Shown here piece after piece: positions 55,694-64,000 of a DNA stretch of 64,000 bases. The notes under the pieces were generated by a model. It saw nothing but the letters and a program-made list of their open reading frames with translations. It was not told where the DNA came from and ran no database searches. Where the stretch lies: sequence record PV472050.1; one strand, 5' to 3'. Within the stretch, counting starts at the first letter, position 1, and each line of letters starts with the position of its first letter. The position numbers and the translations under genes are program-made.

Positions 55694-56302
55694 ATGTCCA
55701 ACGATTACAAAGCACCTGAGGTCGCTGACCTCGGTAAGAAAGAAGAAAGTCCGAAGACCCAACCTACGCCTTCCATCCCCAATACGGTGGCTAAGGCTCA
55801 GGGTGCTAAATTCGAACCCGTACCTCTCCGTATTGGCATTGGCCAAATGGTCAATGGTAAAGGTAATGCGGTCACGGATATCATGAAAGAACGGATTGAC
55901 CGTCACCTGACCTACCTGGCCGGTAAGAAAGGCTTCACCAGTGATAGTGAACGGGAGGATGAACAAACCTCCTTTATCGAGATCATTGGTTCTACGCTGA
56001 CCCTTCCGTTTCCCCAGTACGTCATCGTTACTGACTACCTGTTGACGGTTATCCGGGAGAACCGGGAAATCTTTGCCAACGGTACAGCATTCCGCTTTAC
56101 CTACAAGCTCCGTAAGGAGTACCCGATAGAGAACGTTAAACTCTATCACACCTACATGACCTTCCTGACGTTCATCGCGGGTAACTGGGAAGCTCGTCAT
56201 CGCCTTAACCGCATCATTGATCTGGGAACGGCTATCCGCGATCTTCCTCGTAAGGGCAAAGAGAACGTCACCCAGTACTTCAATAAGCTGCAAAACGTTT
56301 GA
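55694..56302 (+). CDS. conserved phiKZ-like hypothetical protein (202 aa)
   Basis: ATG 55694 with AAAGGG upstream. Confidence 0.7.
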   Translation: MSNDYKAPEVADLGKKEESPKTQPTPSIPNTVAKAQGAKFEPVPLRIGIGQMVNGKGNAVTDIMKERIDRHLTYLAGKKGFTSDSEREDEQTSFIEIIGSTLTLPFPQYVIVTDYLLTVIRENREIFANGTAFRFTYKLRKEYPIENVKLYHTYMTFLTFIAGNWEARHRLNRIIDLGTAIRDLPRKGKENVTQYFNKLQNV

Positions 56303-56338
56303 TTTCCCTTTAGACTCTTTATCCAAGGAACGCTTCCA

Positions 56339-57415
56339 ATGGACAGTGTTGTACTTACCGAAGAAGACGGTAATGGTTATGAAATCCCGGATCTCCCTCA
56401 TATCGGGATTGTGTATGATGCGCTTAACGATACCCTGGATCAAGTGGATCGGGGTGTTGCAGGTACGGAAAGCCTGACCGCCTCCCAACAGTACCTGGTA
56501 GGCGTACTCGCTGCGAACCGACCCGGTTACTCGGTGACCGGTAACGAAGGTTTTATGGCCAATATCGGTGCGGGTCTTAAAGCCGCGTATGACTACGTGG
56601 TGAAGATGTTCAAGAGCCTCTGGGACTTCTTCTTTAAGCGTGATGTCTCTCAGAAGACCTCGGATGCTAAGAAGGAGATTGATGACCTCCAGACAAAACT
56701 GGAGGTGGTTCAGACCGGGGGTAAGACGGAAGCGGAAACCCAGGAAGCTCTGCACTCCATGAAGGTCCAGGTTAAGGAACAGGCACAATCTGGCTTTAAG
56801 ATCGACGGGGTAGACGCAGAAGAATGGCTGGAGAAAGAGACGAAGGCCTCTGCTACCCATGAAGAGAAGAAAGTCGCGGTTAAGACCCTGGCCCGAGAGC
56901 TTCCTAAGGTCAACACCCGGGGCAAGAAACGCCTCCAAGGTGTCATTGAACGGATGATCAAGACTCAGCAATATTTGGTCAGTGTGATTGATATCGCTGA
57001 AAAAGAAGCCCGGGAAACCCTGAATGAAAACCTGATGCGGGTAACGGACTCCATGAAACTCCTCCGCGCCAATGTTCATCAGTCTACCGAGCAACTGAGT
57101 CGAGTGAAAGACGTTAAAGACCTGACGGCTGTTCACAACGTCATGAACGGTGTTATTAAAGAGATCGATACCTTTAAGAATGCTGCTCAGGCTGTACAGA
57201 GTGTTCGCGGTAAGATGGGTGACATGATTAAGACCGTCGAACAGCAATTGGCTGAGGTGGCTAAAGGTGGAGGTGATACCAAAGCGACTCAAGCAGCGCT
57301 GGATGAACTCCGCAAGATCATGAACTTCCTGGTTAAATGCGGCAAATGCATTACCAACATCATTGAAGACAGTGTAAAGCTCCAGAAAGCCTTTAATGGT
57401 GTCTTCGGGCTGTAA
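56339..57415 (+). CDS. coiled-coil head/ejection protein with propeptide
   Basis: acidic N-terminus, G-N-E|GF protease-type site, amphipathic helix, coiled coils. Confidence 0.6.
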   Translation: MDSVVLTEEDGNGYEIPDLPHIGIVYDALNDTLDQVDRGVAGTESLTASQQYLVGVLAANRPGYSVTGNEGFMANIGAGLKAAYDYVVKMFKSLWDFFFKRDVSQKTSDAKKEIDDLQTKLEVVQTGGKTEAETQEALHSMKVQVKEQAQSGFKIDGVDAEEWLEKETKASATHEEKKVAVKTLARELPKVNTRGKKRLQGVIERMIKTQQYLVSVIDIAEKEARETLNENLMRVTDSMKLLRANVHQSTEQLSRVKDVKDLTAVHNVMNGVIKEIDTFKNAAQAVQSVRGKMGDMIKTVEQQLAEVAKGGGDTKATQAALDELRKIMNFLVKCGKCITNIIEDSVKLQKAFNGVFGL

Positions 57416-57425
57416 CCCTGGTTAC

Positions 57426-57467
57426 CCTTACTACCCCTCTCCCCGTTAAGGGAGAGGGGTAGTAAGG
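57426..57467. terminator. bidirectional terminator
   Basis: 18-bp perfect stem between convergent genes. Confidence 0.8.
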
Positions 57468-57471
57468 TCTA

Positions 57472-59277
57472 TTATGCGGTGCCTTGCAAAGGTTCTTCCG
57501 TATCGATGTTGATACGGGATTTACGGTTACGAGCGTTCTCCTGCATCTCCTTAAGCAGTTCCTCTCGACCTGTTTCCACCATTAACCGTTCAAACTCATC
57601 CTTCAATTGATCTAATTGAGGGAATCTAAACAAATCATGGCATAATCCAATAGCGTTCGCTTCTGCACTGCTCGCAAAGTTCACCCCAATCTGTCTGAAC
57701 TTATTGCCGTCAGCTCCTTGAATCCGAAACACTTCCATTTGTGTGGTACGATTCCCGACGTTCAATGCCAAGGTCGCGTGAGGGTACGCGCCTTCAACAT
57801 CGATATCGGATGAATCTGTACGCCCGGTACTATACACATCAGCGAGTCCGTGGAAGAGCGGAGCACCGACATCCGCATTCTTCTCGGTATCGAGTAATGC
57901 AATCCAGTTTGACAACGGAGGTAGTTTATCAATAATGGATTGATCGCGTTTACGAGGGGTACTCCCCCACACAAACCCATACCGGCGTGCAAAGAAACTC
58001 AAGGTATCACTGACCAACTTGGGTTGAGAGACGTAGTTAAAATACTCCGAATACTTCAACAACATAGGAAGTGACAATGACAAGTCATTGGTCTTCTCAT
58101 TGATCTCTTCAATAACGAAGTCATCCCCAATGTTGTACATGCAATACAGATACGGCCATTTCCGTTGCATGTAACGGTGCCACTGGGGTGTACCCGGTCG
58201 GATATGAGCACCTTCTTCGGTATACAGTTTACCCGGCACATTCACATGCTTCGCCGCCCCTTCTAACGAAACATCGGGAAGTTTACCTTCAGTCGGTTGA
58301 CGCTTAATGCAGAAGAACGACATCGCGTCTAACCATTGCCAGGTGGCCATAGTTCGAACGGTGGGCCATTTCTCTTGAGGTTCCAAGGGCATTTTAGAAC
58401 CGTCTTCCTTGATTTTGTGGGTTCTCCCTAAGTTCAGCTCGTAATGCCGAAATTCCTTAGGAATACTGGGATCGCTGTACACATCCTCCAATCGATACCC
58501 TTCATTCCTAAGGGCTTCCTCATTCTTGGTCATGTCGTATTCCGCATTCCAACTGGCGACCCAGTCGGGTTGCCATTCGTGCATCTTGTTGATACACGCC
58601 ACCACCACTTGACCTGGAGTATCAAAGAGTTCGTATTGAACCTCACACTGACGCCGTTTGAGGTGTTCACTCAACCACTTGTCTTCAGCGTCTTTAAGGT
58701 GCTTAAGAATCGTAGCGTCATCCGGTTCTTTAAACCAACTCCGTACGGCTGCAAAATACGCCTTACGCTTCATGGTAACCGACGCCATCATAATGGGGTT
58801 ACCGGGAGCATCCATGTCGGTTTCAACGTCGTACGCCGCTACGGTAAAGGGTTCCTTCTCCTGATGTTCTCCATACTTCTTAAAGAACTGGTGTTTAATG
58901 TGCACCGGAGGGGTTTGGTCTAAGCCGAAGACATACGGACTTTCTTTAGCTTCCGCTAGAGTGGCTTTATAATCCGCTCGTCCATAGAGCTGTTTAATCA
59001 CATTAAAGGCAATTTGTGCTCGGGGAGCCTTGTACTCCCGGCACCAGGATTCTTCAATGTAATCTTTATGCTGTTTGTACTTCCGTTTGTTCTCTTTAAC
59101 AATGTAGTACGGTTGTTTATAATCCTTAATCGAAATAAACGATTGACTTCGACCACCGTCTTCATGAATATTGGTGATCTTAACACACGTTAAATCACTG
59201 CCTCTGTTGAACCTGCTGACCGAGTAATTACTGTGTTTGCAGACTTTAGCGACAATGGGTGAAGTATTCTCGACCAT
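57472..59277 (-). CDS. family B DNA polymerase, subunit with 3'-5' exonuclease and palm motif A (phiKZ gp82-like)
   Basis: ExoI YDVETD, ExoII SWNAEYD, ExoIII YNIGDD; motif A DIDVEGAYP. Confidence 0.85.
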   Translation of the reverse strand: MVENTSPIVAKVCKHSNYSVSRFNRGSDLTCVKITNIHEDGGRSQSFISIKDYKQPYYIVKENKRKYKQHKDYIEESWCREYKAPRAQIAFNVIKQLYGRADYKATLAEAKESPYVFGLDQTPPVHIKHQFFKKYGEHQEKEPFTVAAYDVETDMDAPGNPIMMASVTMKRKAYFAAVRSWFKEPDDATILKHLKDAEDKWLSEHLKRRQCEVQYELFDTPGQVVVACINKMHEWQPDWVASWNAEYDMTKNEEALRNEGYRLEDVYSDPSIPKEFRHYELNLGRTHKIKEDGSKMPLEPQEKWPTVRTMATWQWLDAMSFFCIKRQPTEGKLPDVSLEGAAKHVNVPGKLYTEEGAHIRPGTPQWHRYMQRKWPYLYCMYNIGDDFVIEEINEKTNDLSLSLPMLLKYSEYFNYVSQPKLVSDTLSFFARRYGFVWGSTPRKRDQSIIDKLPPLSNWIALLDTEKNADVGAPLFHGLADVYSTGRTDSSDIDVEGAYPHATLALNVGNRTTQMEVFRIQGADGNKFRQIGVNFASSAEANAIGLCHDLFRFPQLDQLKDEFERLMVETGREELLKEMQENARNRKSRINIDTEEPLQGTA

Positions 59278-59361
59278 TCCTTAACCCTGCATTTTATGAT
59301 TGCTTTGGAGACTATACCAATAGGGGTATAGGTCGGTATTTACAGTAGGAGTAACCCGTTA

Positions 59362-60723
59362 ATGTTGGACATGAGTTTTATTACCCGAAAGGTAGCGGGT
59401 ACGGAGTTCATTGAGTTCCAGAATGCCACCTTTAAAGACGAATTAACCGCTTGCTTGGATCAGTACATTACGATTACCGATAAGCGGGTGGTGTTGTCCC
59501 CTGATTGCCAAGTGGACGTACTGGGACTCATTAAGAAACACACCGGCTTTAGCAACATAAAGTTGGAGTTGAACGACAGTGGTAACCTGTACATCGACGC
59601 GGGATATTTCTCCCCGAACCATGTTCTGAACAACACGGGTACTGATGTGTTGATTCCAGCCTCTAAGACTACCCTGTATCGGTGGTTTGTGGAGAACAAG
59701 AACAAGATCTTTAAAGGAGGTGTTGATTACCGCTCCGGTAAAGTGACTGGTTCGTTCCAAGACGTCCCCTTGACTATTGGGATCAACGTCAACCTGCATC
59801 AGTTCTTCCCATTGGATAAGATCACCAAATGGAAAGTCTCCATGGGGGGCGCGCTAGCGGGTGGTATTGCTCACGAACTGGGACATGCCTTTGGGGGCTG
59901 TGCACTCCTGCTGACTCACCTGGAAGACAACCTGGTAGCCCGAGCGGGCTTGGATCAGTACCGTAAAGCCACCAAAGCAGAAGAACGGGTAATTATCCTG
60001 AAAGACACCGCCGCTATTCTGGATGTCCCAGAAGCCAAGTTGGAGGAACTGAAGAGCTTCGCCAACCAAGAAGATGGAGAGAACTACCTCCTCTACTACA
60101 CCAAACTGCTCTCTCAACGGAACAGTCGTCGGTCACTGTCTGTTGGGGTTCCCGAGATGACCAGTGAAGTGATTGCGGATATGTACGCCATTCGTATGGG
60201 CTTCAGTAAGGAAGTGATTGCTGGGATCAGTGCTTTGGTGGACCGTGGTGTTTTTACCATCGCGACGGAGACCTTCCTGTTCGGTGTCGTTGCAACACTC
60301 TTCTTGTTTTGGCCTACAGCCGCTGTCACTATCATTGTTACCGGGGGAACGACGGCGCTGGGGGGTATGTTGTGGGGGGTCTTTGCCCTCAGTTCAGCCT
60401 TCGCGTATTTCCAAGCCGGGTATTCCGGCGCCTACAATTCCGACCACCGTCGTATGGAAGATGCTCTGCGTCAATTGATTGCTAAACTGAAAGCCAGTAA
60501 AACCGTTCCCGGTGAGGAACGGGCACGGTTGATCGACGACATCACCAAAGCCCTGGAAGCGGTTAAGAAACTCAAACCCTGGTACGACAACACCGTCCTC
60601 TATCGCTTTATTGGTTGGATTTTCTCAGGCAGCGATTTCCGTAAGCAAGAAATCGAACACTTTACTCAATCCCTTAATAACCATGAACTGGCAGTCTTGT
60701 CCAGTCAACTGAAAACGCTCTAA
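59362..60723 (+). CDS. virion protein with zincin (M48-like) motif and hydrophobic hairpin
   Basis: IAHELGH, SEVIADMYAIRMG, long hydrophobic stretch, N-terminal G-T-E|F site. Confidence 0.6.
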   Translation: MLDMSFITRKVAGTEFIEFQNATFKDELTACLDQYITITDKRVVLSPDCQVDVLGLIKKHTGFSNIKLELNDSGNLYIDAGYFSPNHVLNNTGTDVLIPASKTTLYRWFVENKNKIFKGGVDYRSGKVTGSFQDVPLTIGINVNLHQFFPLDKITKWKVSMGGALAGGIAHELGHAFGGCALLLTHLEDNLVARAGLDQYRKATKAEERVIILKDTAAILDVPEAKLEELKSFANQEDGENYLLYYTKLLSQRNSRRSLSVGVPEMTSEVIADMYAIRMGFSKEVIAGISALVDRGVFTIATETFLFGVVATLFLFWPTAAVTIIVTGGTTALGGMLWGVFALSSAFAYFQAGYSGAYNSDHRRMEDALRQLIAKLKASKTVPGEERARLIDDITKALEAVKKLKPWYDNTVLYRFIGWIFSGSDFRKQEIEHFTQSLNNHELAVLSSQLKTL

Positions 60724-60733
60724 GGAGTTTATA

Positions 60734-61180
60734 ATGTCTCACCTCGCCCATGTAAACGATTACCGGGGTTACCTGACCAGTCAAGGGGTTACCTGCCCGT
60801 ACGCGTTGAACACGGCCTGCCAGGAAGCCTACATCCGCGCCATTCTCAAACGACATGCTCGTTCCCAGGACAGTTTCACCCTGGCAGAAGACGAAGAGAA
60901 TAGCATCTGGGTCCAGCTCGATAAGTGGAATTCGGTGTATCCGATCAATGCTTCCTTCATTGTGGAATCGGTTAAACTCCGTCTGACCCGTATTCGCGGC
61001 TGTCTGATGAAAGAAGGTAAAACACCCGGTAATGCGGAATTCGATGTGTATCTGGATGTGAAACGCACCTGTCCCGAGTCGGGTGACACCACGGTGGATA
61101 AACTCGATGCCACGGACAATGATCTGTTCTGTGAGCTGGTTCATTTCCTCTACAATGAATTGGTGAAAGGCAATGAGTAA
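60734..61180 (+). CDS. hypothetical protein (148 aa)
   Basis: TAAGGAG SD. Confidence 0.75.
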   Translation: MSHLAHVNDYRGYLTSQGVTCPYALNTACQEAYIRAILKRHARSQDSFTLAEDEENSIWVQLDKWNSVYPINASFIVESVKLRLTRIRGCLMKEGKTPGNAEFDVYLDVKRTCPESGDTTVDKLDATDNDLFCELVHFLYNELVKGNE

Positions 61181-62690
61181 TCCAGTGAGTTCGTATTTCC
61201 AATTGAGTGATCCGGTTGACGGCGTGCTCCCAGGTGATGATAAACAACTCATTGACCTGGATGAGTACTACGAAGAAACCGGTCAACCCGTGGTGGATGC
61301 GATGGTCCAAGGGAGTGAGAGCCTCGCGCTCAATCGCTTCTCTCGGGACATTGCTATCCAACTCAAACTGAAGAATGCGTATGAAATGGATCCTTTCCCA
61401 ACGGAACGTAATGCCGTGATGGGAGCGGAAGGGTTTATCTCTACCATTACGGAAGGGTTCAAGAAGTTCATTGAAGGGATCATCAAGTACATCAAGATGG
61501 CCTTTAAATGGGTTATGGAACACATTAAAGGTCTCCTGGGCTTCCGTAAGAGCGCACGTATTAACCAGGCGATTAATGACTCCTTTGAGAACCTCCGGGA
61601 GGAGTTCCGTCAGACCTTGAACGGTCTGGGCTTCCCAAGTGCGAATTACAACCTGGAGAAGTTCATTGGGGAGTTCCCTAATGCCACCGACCGCATTGGT
61701 CAACTGACGATCCTCCGTACAAAGTTCGAAACCGATGAAGAGAGTATCGAGGCCCTTCGTAAAGTCTTCCCACTCTTCGAACAAATCATTGGTAAACTAA
61801 CGGAGGCTTCTGACAAGGCAATACGTGCGTCTGAAAACCTTAAAAGGACCATCCGTAACGAATACAACGCTACCCGGGGTCGAGCTCACCTCCGAGAGTA
61901 CGTAGACGGTGCGAACTCCCCTGAGGTTAACCGAGTCCAGAAAGCGGTGTTGGAAACCCTGACCTTCGTTAAACCGGATGGTTTAGTAGAACAGATCGGT
62001 CAGCTCCTGGAAACCCTCTACAAGGTGAAGTTCGAAAACGAGGCGTTGAATGAAGGGTTCCATACCGTCCGGGAGACCCTTAAAGAGAACATTCAGGCTC
62101 AACGGGTGAAGTTGACCCGGGTGAACACTCCGGTGATCATGGACCTCGTTCAGCAGCTCAACGCAGCGTATATGACGATCTCGGATAAGGCGATCGACAT
62201 GTCTCGGATTCGTCTGAGTGAGTTGGGTAATCTGGTGGATGTAACCGATGCCGAGAAGGTCAAGAGCATTGCGGGATACTACCAAGTCCCTGGACTCCTC
62301 AGTGATTACCAGGGCGTGGCGGTTGCCATGCGTAACTTCAGCCAATATTGCCAATCTGTAACCAGTCAGCTGTTGGCGGTCGAAAACCAGGTAGCAGCGT
62401 TGGTGGGTTGGTATCACCGTTCTCACATGTGGTATTACCATGGTCTGTTGGATGACATTGAAAAGCTTCGTGAAATCAATATCCAAGCTCGCGAGGCGGG
62501 GCACTCTCCTGTGGCGAATGCGGAGGGTTATCCGACATTGGCGTTGGATTTTATTCCGGAAGCGGATGCAAAGACCTTCCTGGAGAAGATGAGTGGGACG
62601 ATGAAAATCGTGATTGAAAACGACATTGGTGAGCTTCGTTCCAAGTACAATGCCTTGGCACGACAAACTGGATGGGGGAGACCCGTATGA
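61173..62690 (+). CDS. head/ejection protein with propeptide (505 aa)
   Basis: acidic N-terminus, G-A-E|GF site, amphipathic helix, helical body. Confidence 0.6.
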   Translation: MSNPVSSYFQLSDPVDGVLPGDDKQLIDLDEYYEETGQPVVDAMVQGSESLALNRFSRDIAIQLKLKNAYEMDPFPTERNAVMGAEGFISTITEGFKKFIEGIIKYIKMAFKWVMEHIKGLLGFRKSARINQAINDSFENLREEFRQTLNGLGFPSANYNLEKFIGEFPNATDRIGQLTILRTKFETDEESIEALRKVFPLFEQIIGKLTEASDKAIRASENLKRTIRNEYNATRGRAHLREYVDGANSPEVNRVQKAVLETLTFVKPDGLVEQIGQLLETLYKVKFENEALNEGFHTVRETLKENIQAQRVKLTRVNTPVIMDLVQQLNAAYMTISDKAIDMSRIRLSELGNLVDVTDAEKVKSIAGYYQVPGLLSDYQGVAVAMRNFSQYCQSVTSQLLAVENQVAALVGWYHRSHMWYYHGLLDDIEKLREINIQAREAGHSPVANAEGYPTLALDFIPEADAKTFLEKMSGTMKIVIENDIGELRSKYNALARQTGWGRPV

Positions 62691-63418
62691 ATCGTGAAGT
62701 GTGTGAACTGGGTATTAAAGCCCTGCACGAACTGGAATTGATCCGTAAGACCAGTGAGGACGACCTCGCTCTGCTGAAAGAAGGGATAGGACCTGAAGCC
62801 GCTTACGCCATCATTGACCGGTACTGGTCTGGTGAACAGGCGGAAAAAATGAAAGTTCGTGTTACGGCTCAGTTCCCTAAGGACAACGGAGGTATTATCC
62901 TCTGCACGTCGTTGGGTGAGCAGGCTGGTTATATCCTGGCTCTGGGGGCTACCAAGGCCTTCTTTGCGGTGGTGTTCCCCAGGATCGGGGGTCGACTGGA
63001 ACAGGTGTTCTCGTCTATTAACCGAGCGGACCTGAATGATCCCGTTGCCCTGGAGAAGTACAACGAACTCCGTAAGGAACCGGCCCGGTTCTTTGAGTAC
63101 TTTGCTAACGGGTTTTTCGAAGGGAAAGAGAAGGTTGCGGACGGTGAGATTACCTGTTGGACTCAACTGCGTGATCAAGCCCGTTGTGTGGATGACGGGG
63201 ATTACCTCCTTCTGGATGACTATGACTTCGAATTGAAGCAGGTCAAGGAGAACTTCTACCAGTATTACCTCTCACCCTCTTCGATCAAAGAGCAATCTCT
63301 GGCCGGTATCGATTACTACACCCAACAACTTGGTGTTCGGGTGCGGTTGGCTAAGTTGTTCTCGTGTTTCTTGGACGAGTTGATTGAAGGTAATCTTCCC
63401 TCTAAAGACACCGAGTAA
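62687..63418 (+). CDS. hypothetical protein (243 aa)
   Basis: ATGA coupling with GGGAG SD. Confidence 0.7.
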   Translation: MNREVCELGIKALHELELIRKTSEDDLALLKEGIGPEAAYAIIDRYWSGEQAEKMKVRVTAQFPKDNGGIILCTSLGEQAGYILALGATKAFFAVVFPRIGGRLEQVFSSINRADLNDPVALEKYNELRKEPARFFEYFANGFFEGKEKVADGEITCWTQLRDQARCVDDGDYLLLDDYDFELKQVKENFYQYYLSPSSIKEQSLAGIDYYTQQLGVRVRLAKLFSCFLDELIEGNLPSKDTE

Positions 63419-63426
63419 CGTAAAGG

Positions 63427-63466
63427 TACCCCTACCCACTCCCCTTAACGGGGAGTGGGTAGGGGT
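63427..63466. terminator. bidirectional terminator
   Basis: 17-bp perfect stem between convergent genes. Confidence 0.8.
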
Positions 63467-63473
63467 ATACGTC

Positions 63474-64000
63474 TTAAATGGTGGTCGTCATTCTGACGTC
63501 ATGGGGTTGGAAGATGATATCAATGGCTTCCTGTATCGATACCAGTCCATCGCTGGTTAAGGCGAGTCGTTTACGAATACTGAACCCGGTGAGGTCATCC
63601 AAGTTACTGATGACATCCACGGTACTGTCGCCCGCAAACGCACTCAACTTAACACTCACCACCTCTTCACTCACATTCTCCTTTAAGGCTTCTGCAAGGT
63701 CTAAGGTACTGACTGTTGTCTTATCAAACAATGCCATATTGAGTTGGCGAGGGGTGCTCTCCTCCAAGGCGGCGCGGAGGTTGGGGTTACGGTAGCCATT
63801 TTCCGTGAGGTAGTAGGTGACCGAGAACGCCAGATCCTGCCGAAGGGTGGATTCATAGTTACTGTTGATCACCACCCGCTGATACCCCAGCTTACTCCGA
63901 GGTTGGTAGAACAGGTCGGTCTGGTCAATCGCTTCCGAGCTAAAGGCCAGCATGTCTTGGTTAATACCGTTGACAAAGAAGTCCTTCGTGTATTTAGCAA
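63474..64000 (-). CDS. C-terminal part of a larger protein, probably virion/baseplate; truncated by the window edge
   Basis: frame stays open upstream of ATG 63953 to the window end (AKYTKDFFVNGINQD-MLAF). Confidence 0.6.
   Translation of the reverse strand, partial: AKYTKDFFVNGINQDMLAFSSEAIDQTDLFYQPRSKLGYQRVVINSNYESTLRQDLAFSVTYYLTENGYRNPNLRAALEESTPRQLNMALFDKTTVSTLDLAEALKENVSEEVVSVKLSAFAGDSTVDVISNLDDLTGFSIRKRLALTSDGLVSIQEAIDIIFQPHDVRMTTTI

Noticed and set aside
55691-57292. 533-aa minus-strand ORF
   Set aside because: Antisense shadow across two real genes.
1-64000. Bacterial chromosome or integrated prophage
   Set aside because: No host housekeeping genes, integrase or att-like junction; RNAP genes are split phage-type subunits.

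Overview
The whole 64-kb window is a gene-dense segment of a lytic, nucleus-forming phiKZ-like jumbo myophage (Chimalliviridae). It is not a bacterial chromosome or prophage. Gene order (tail tube 5th ORF, sheath 6th, terminase 11th, PhuZ about 16th) fits my recollection of Pseudomonas phage EL, so it may be EL or a close relative; this needs BLASTN confirmation. Contents: tail tube and sheath plus neighbouring virion genes; large terminase; PhuZ tubulin; a family B DNA polymerase split into two genes 33 kb apart; chimallin; by synteny, ChmC and PicA/Imp1 candidates; non-virion RNA polymerase subunits; one virion RNAP beta' fragment; an SbcD-like nuclease; an SF2 helicase; and several head/ejection proteins. 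Mobile elements: a group I intron (29666-31085) with an HNH endonuclease that splits the catalytic NA|DFDGD motif, and three related class 3 inteins (terminase, RNAP beta', helicase) starting with Gln, Ala and Met. The strongest leads are: (1) a candidate programmed -1 frameshift (T TTT TTT, 55043-55049) fusing a 574-aa protein to a 180-codon extension, resembling tail-chaperone G/GT recoding; (2) the RNAP beta' intein, which is broken by a +1 frame change inside its endonuclease, so the subunit needs trans-splicing or recoding unless this is a sequence error; (3) a long-range P1 stem enclosing the intron HNH ORF that competes with an RBS-occluding hairpin; (4) an 18-bp promoter-like motif at five operon heads; (5) structured non-coding regions at 17.0-17.6 and 18.2-18.6 kb; (6) a Gly/Met/Gln-rich tail protein next to the import factor. 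No CRISPR array, rRNA or tRNA was seen. Homology calls are from motif recognition and synteny, not database searches.
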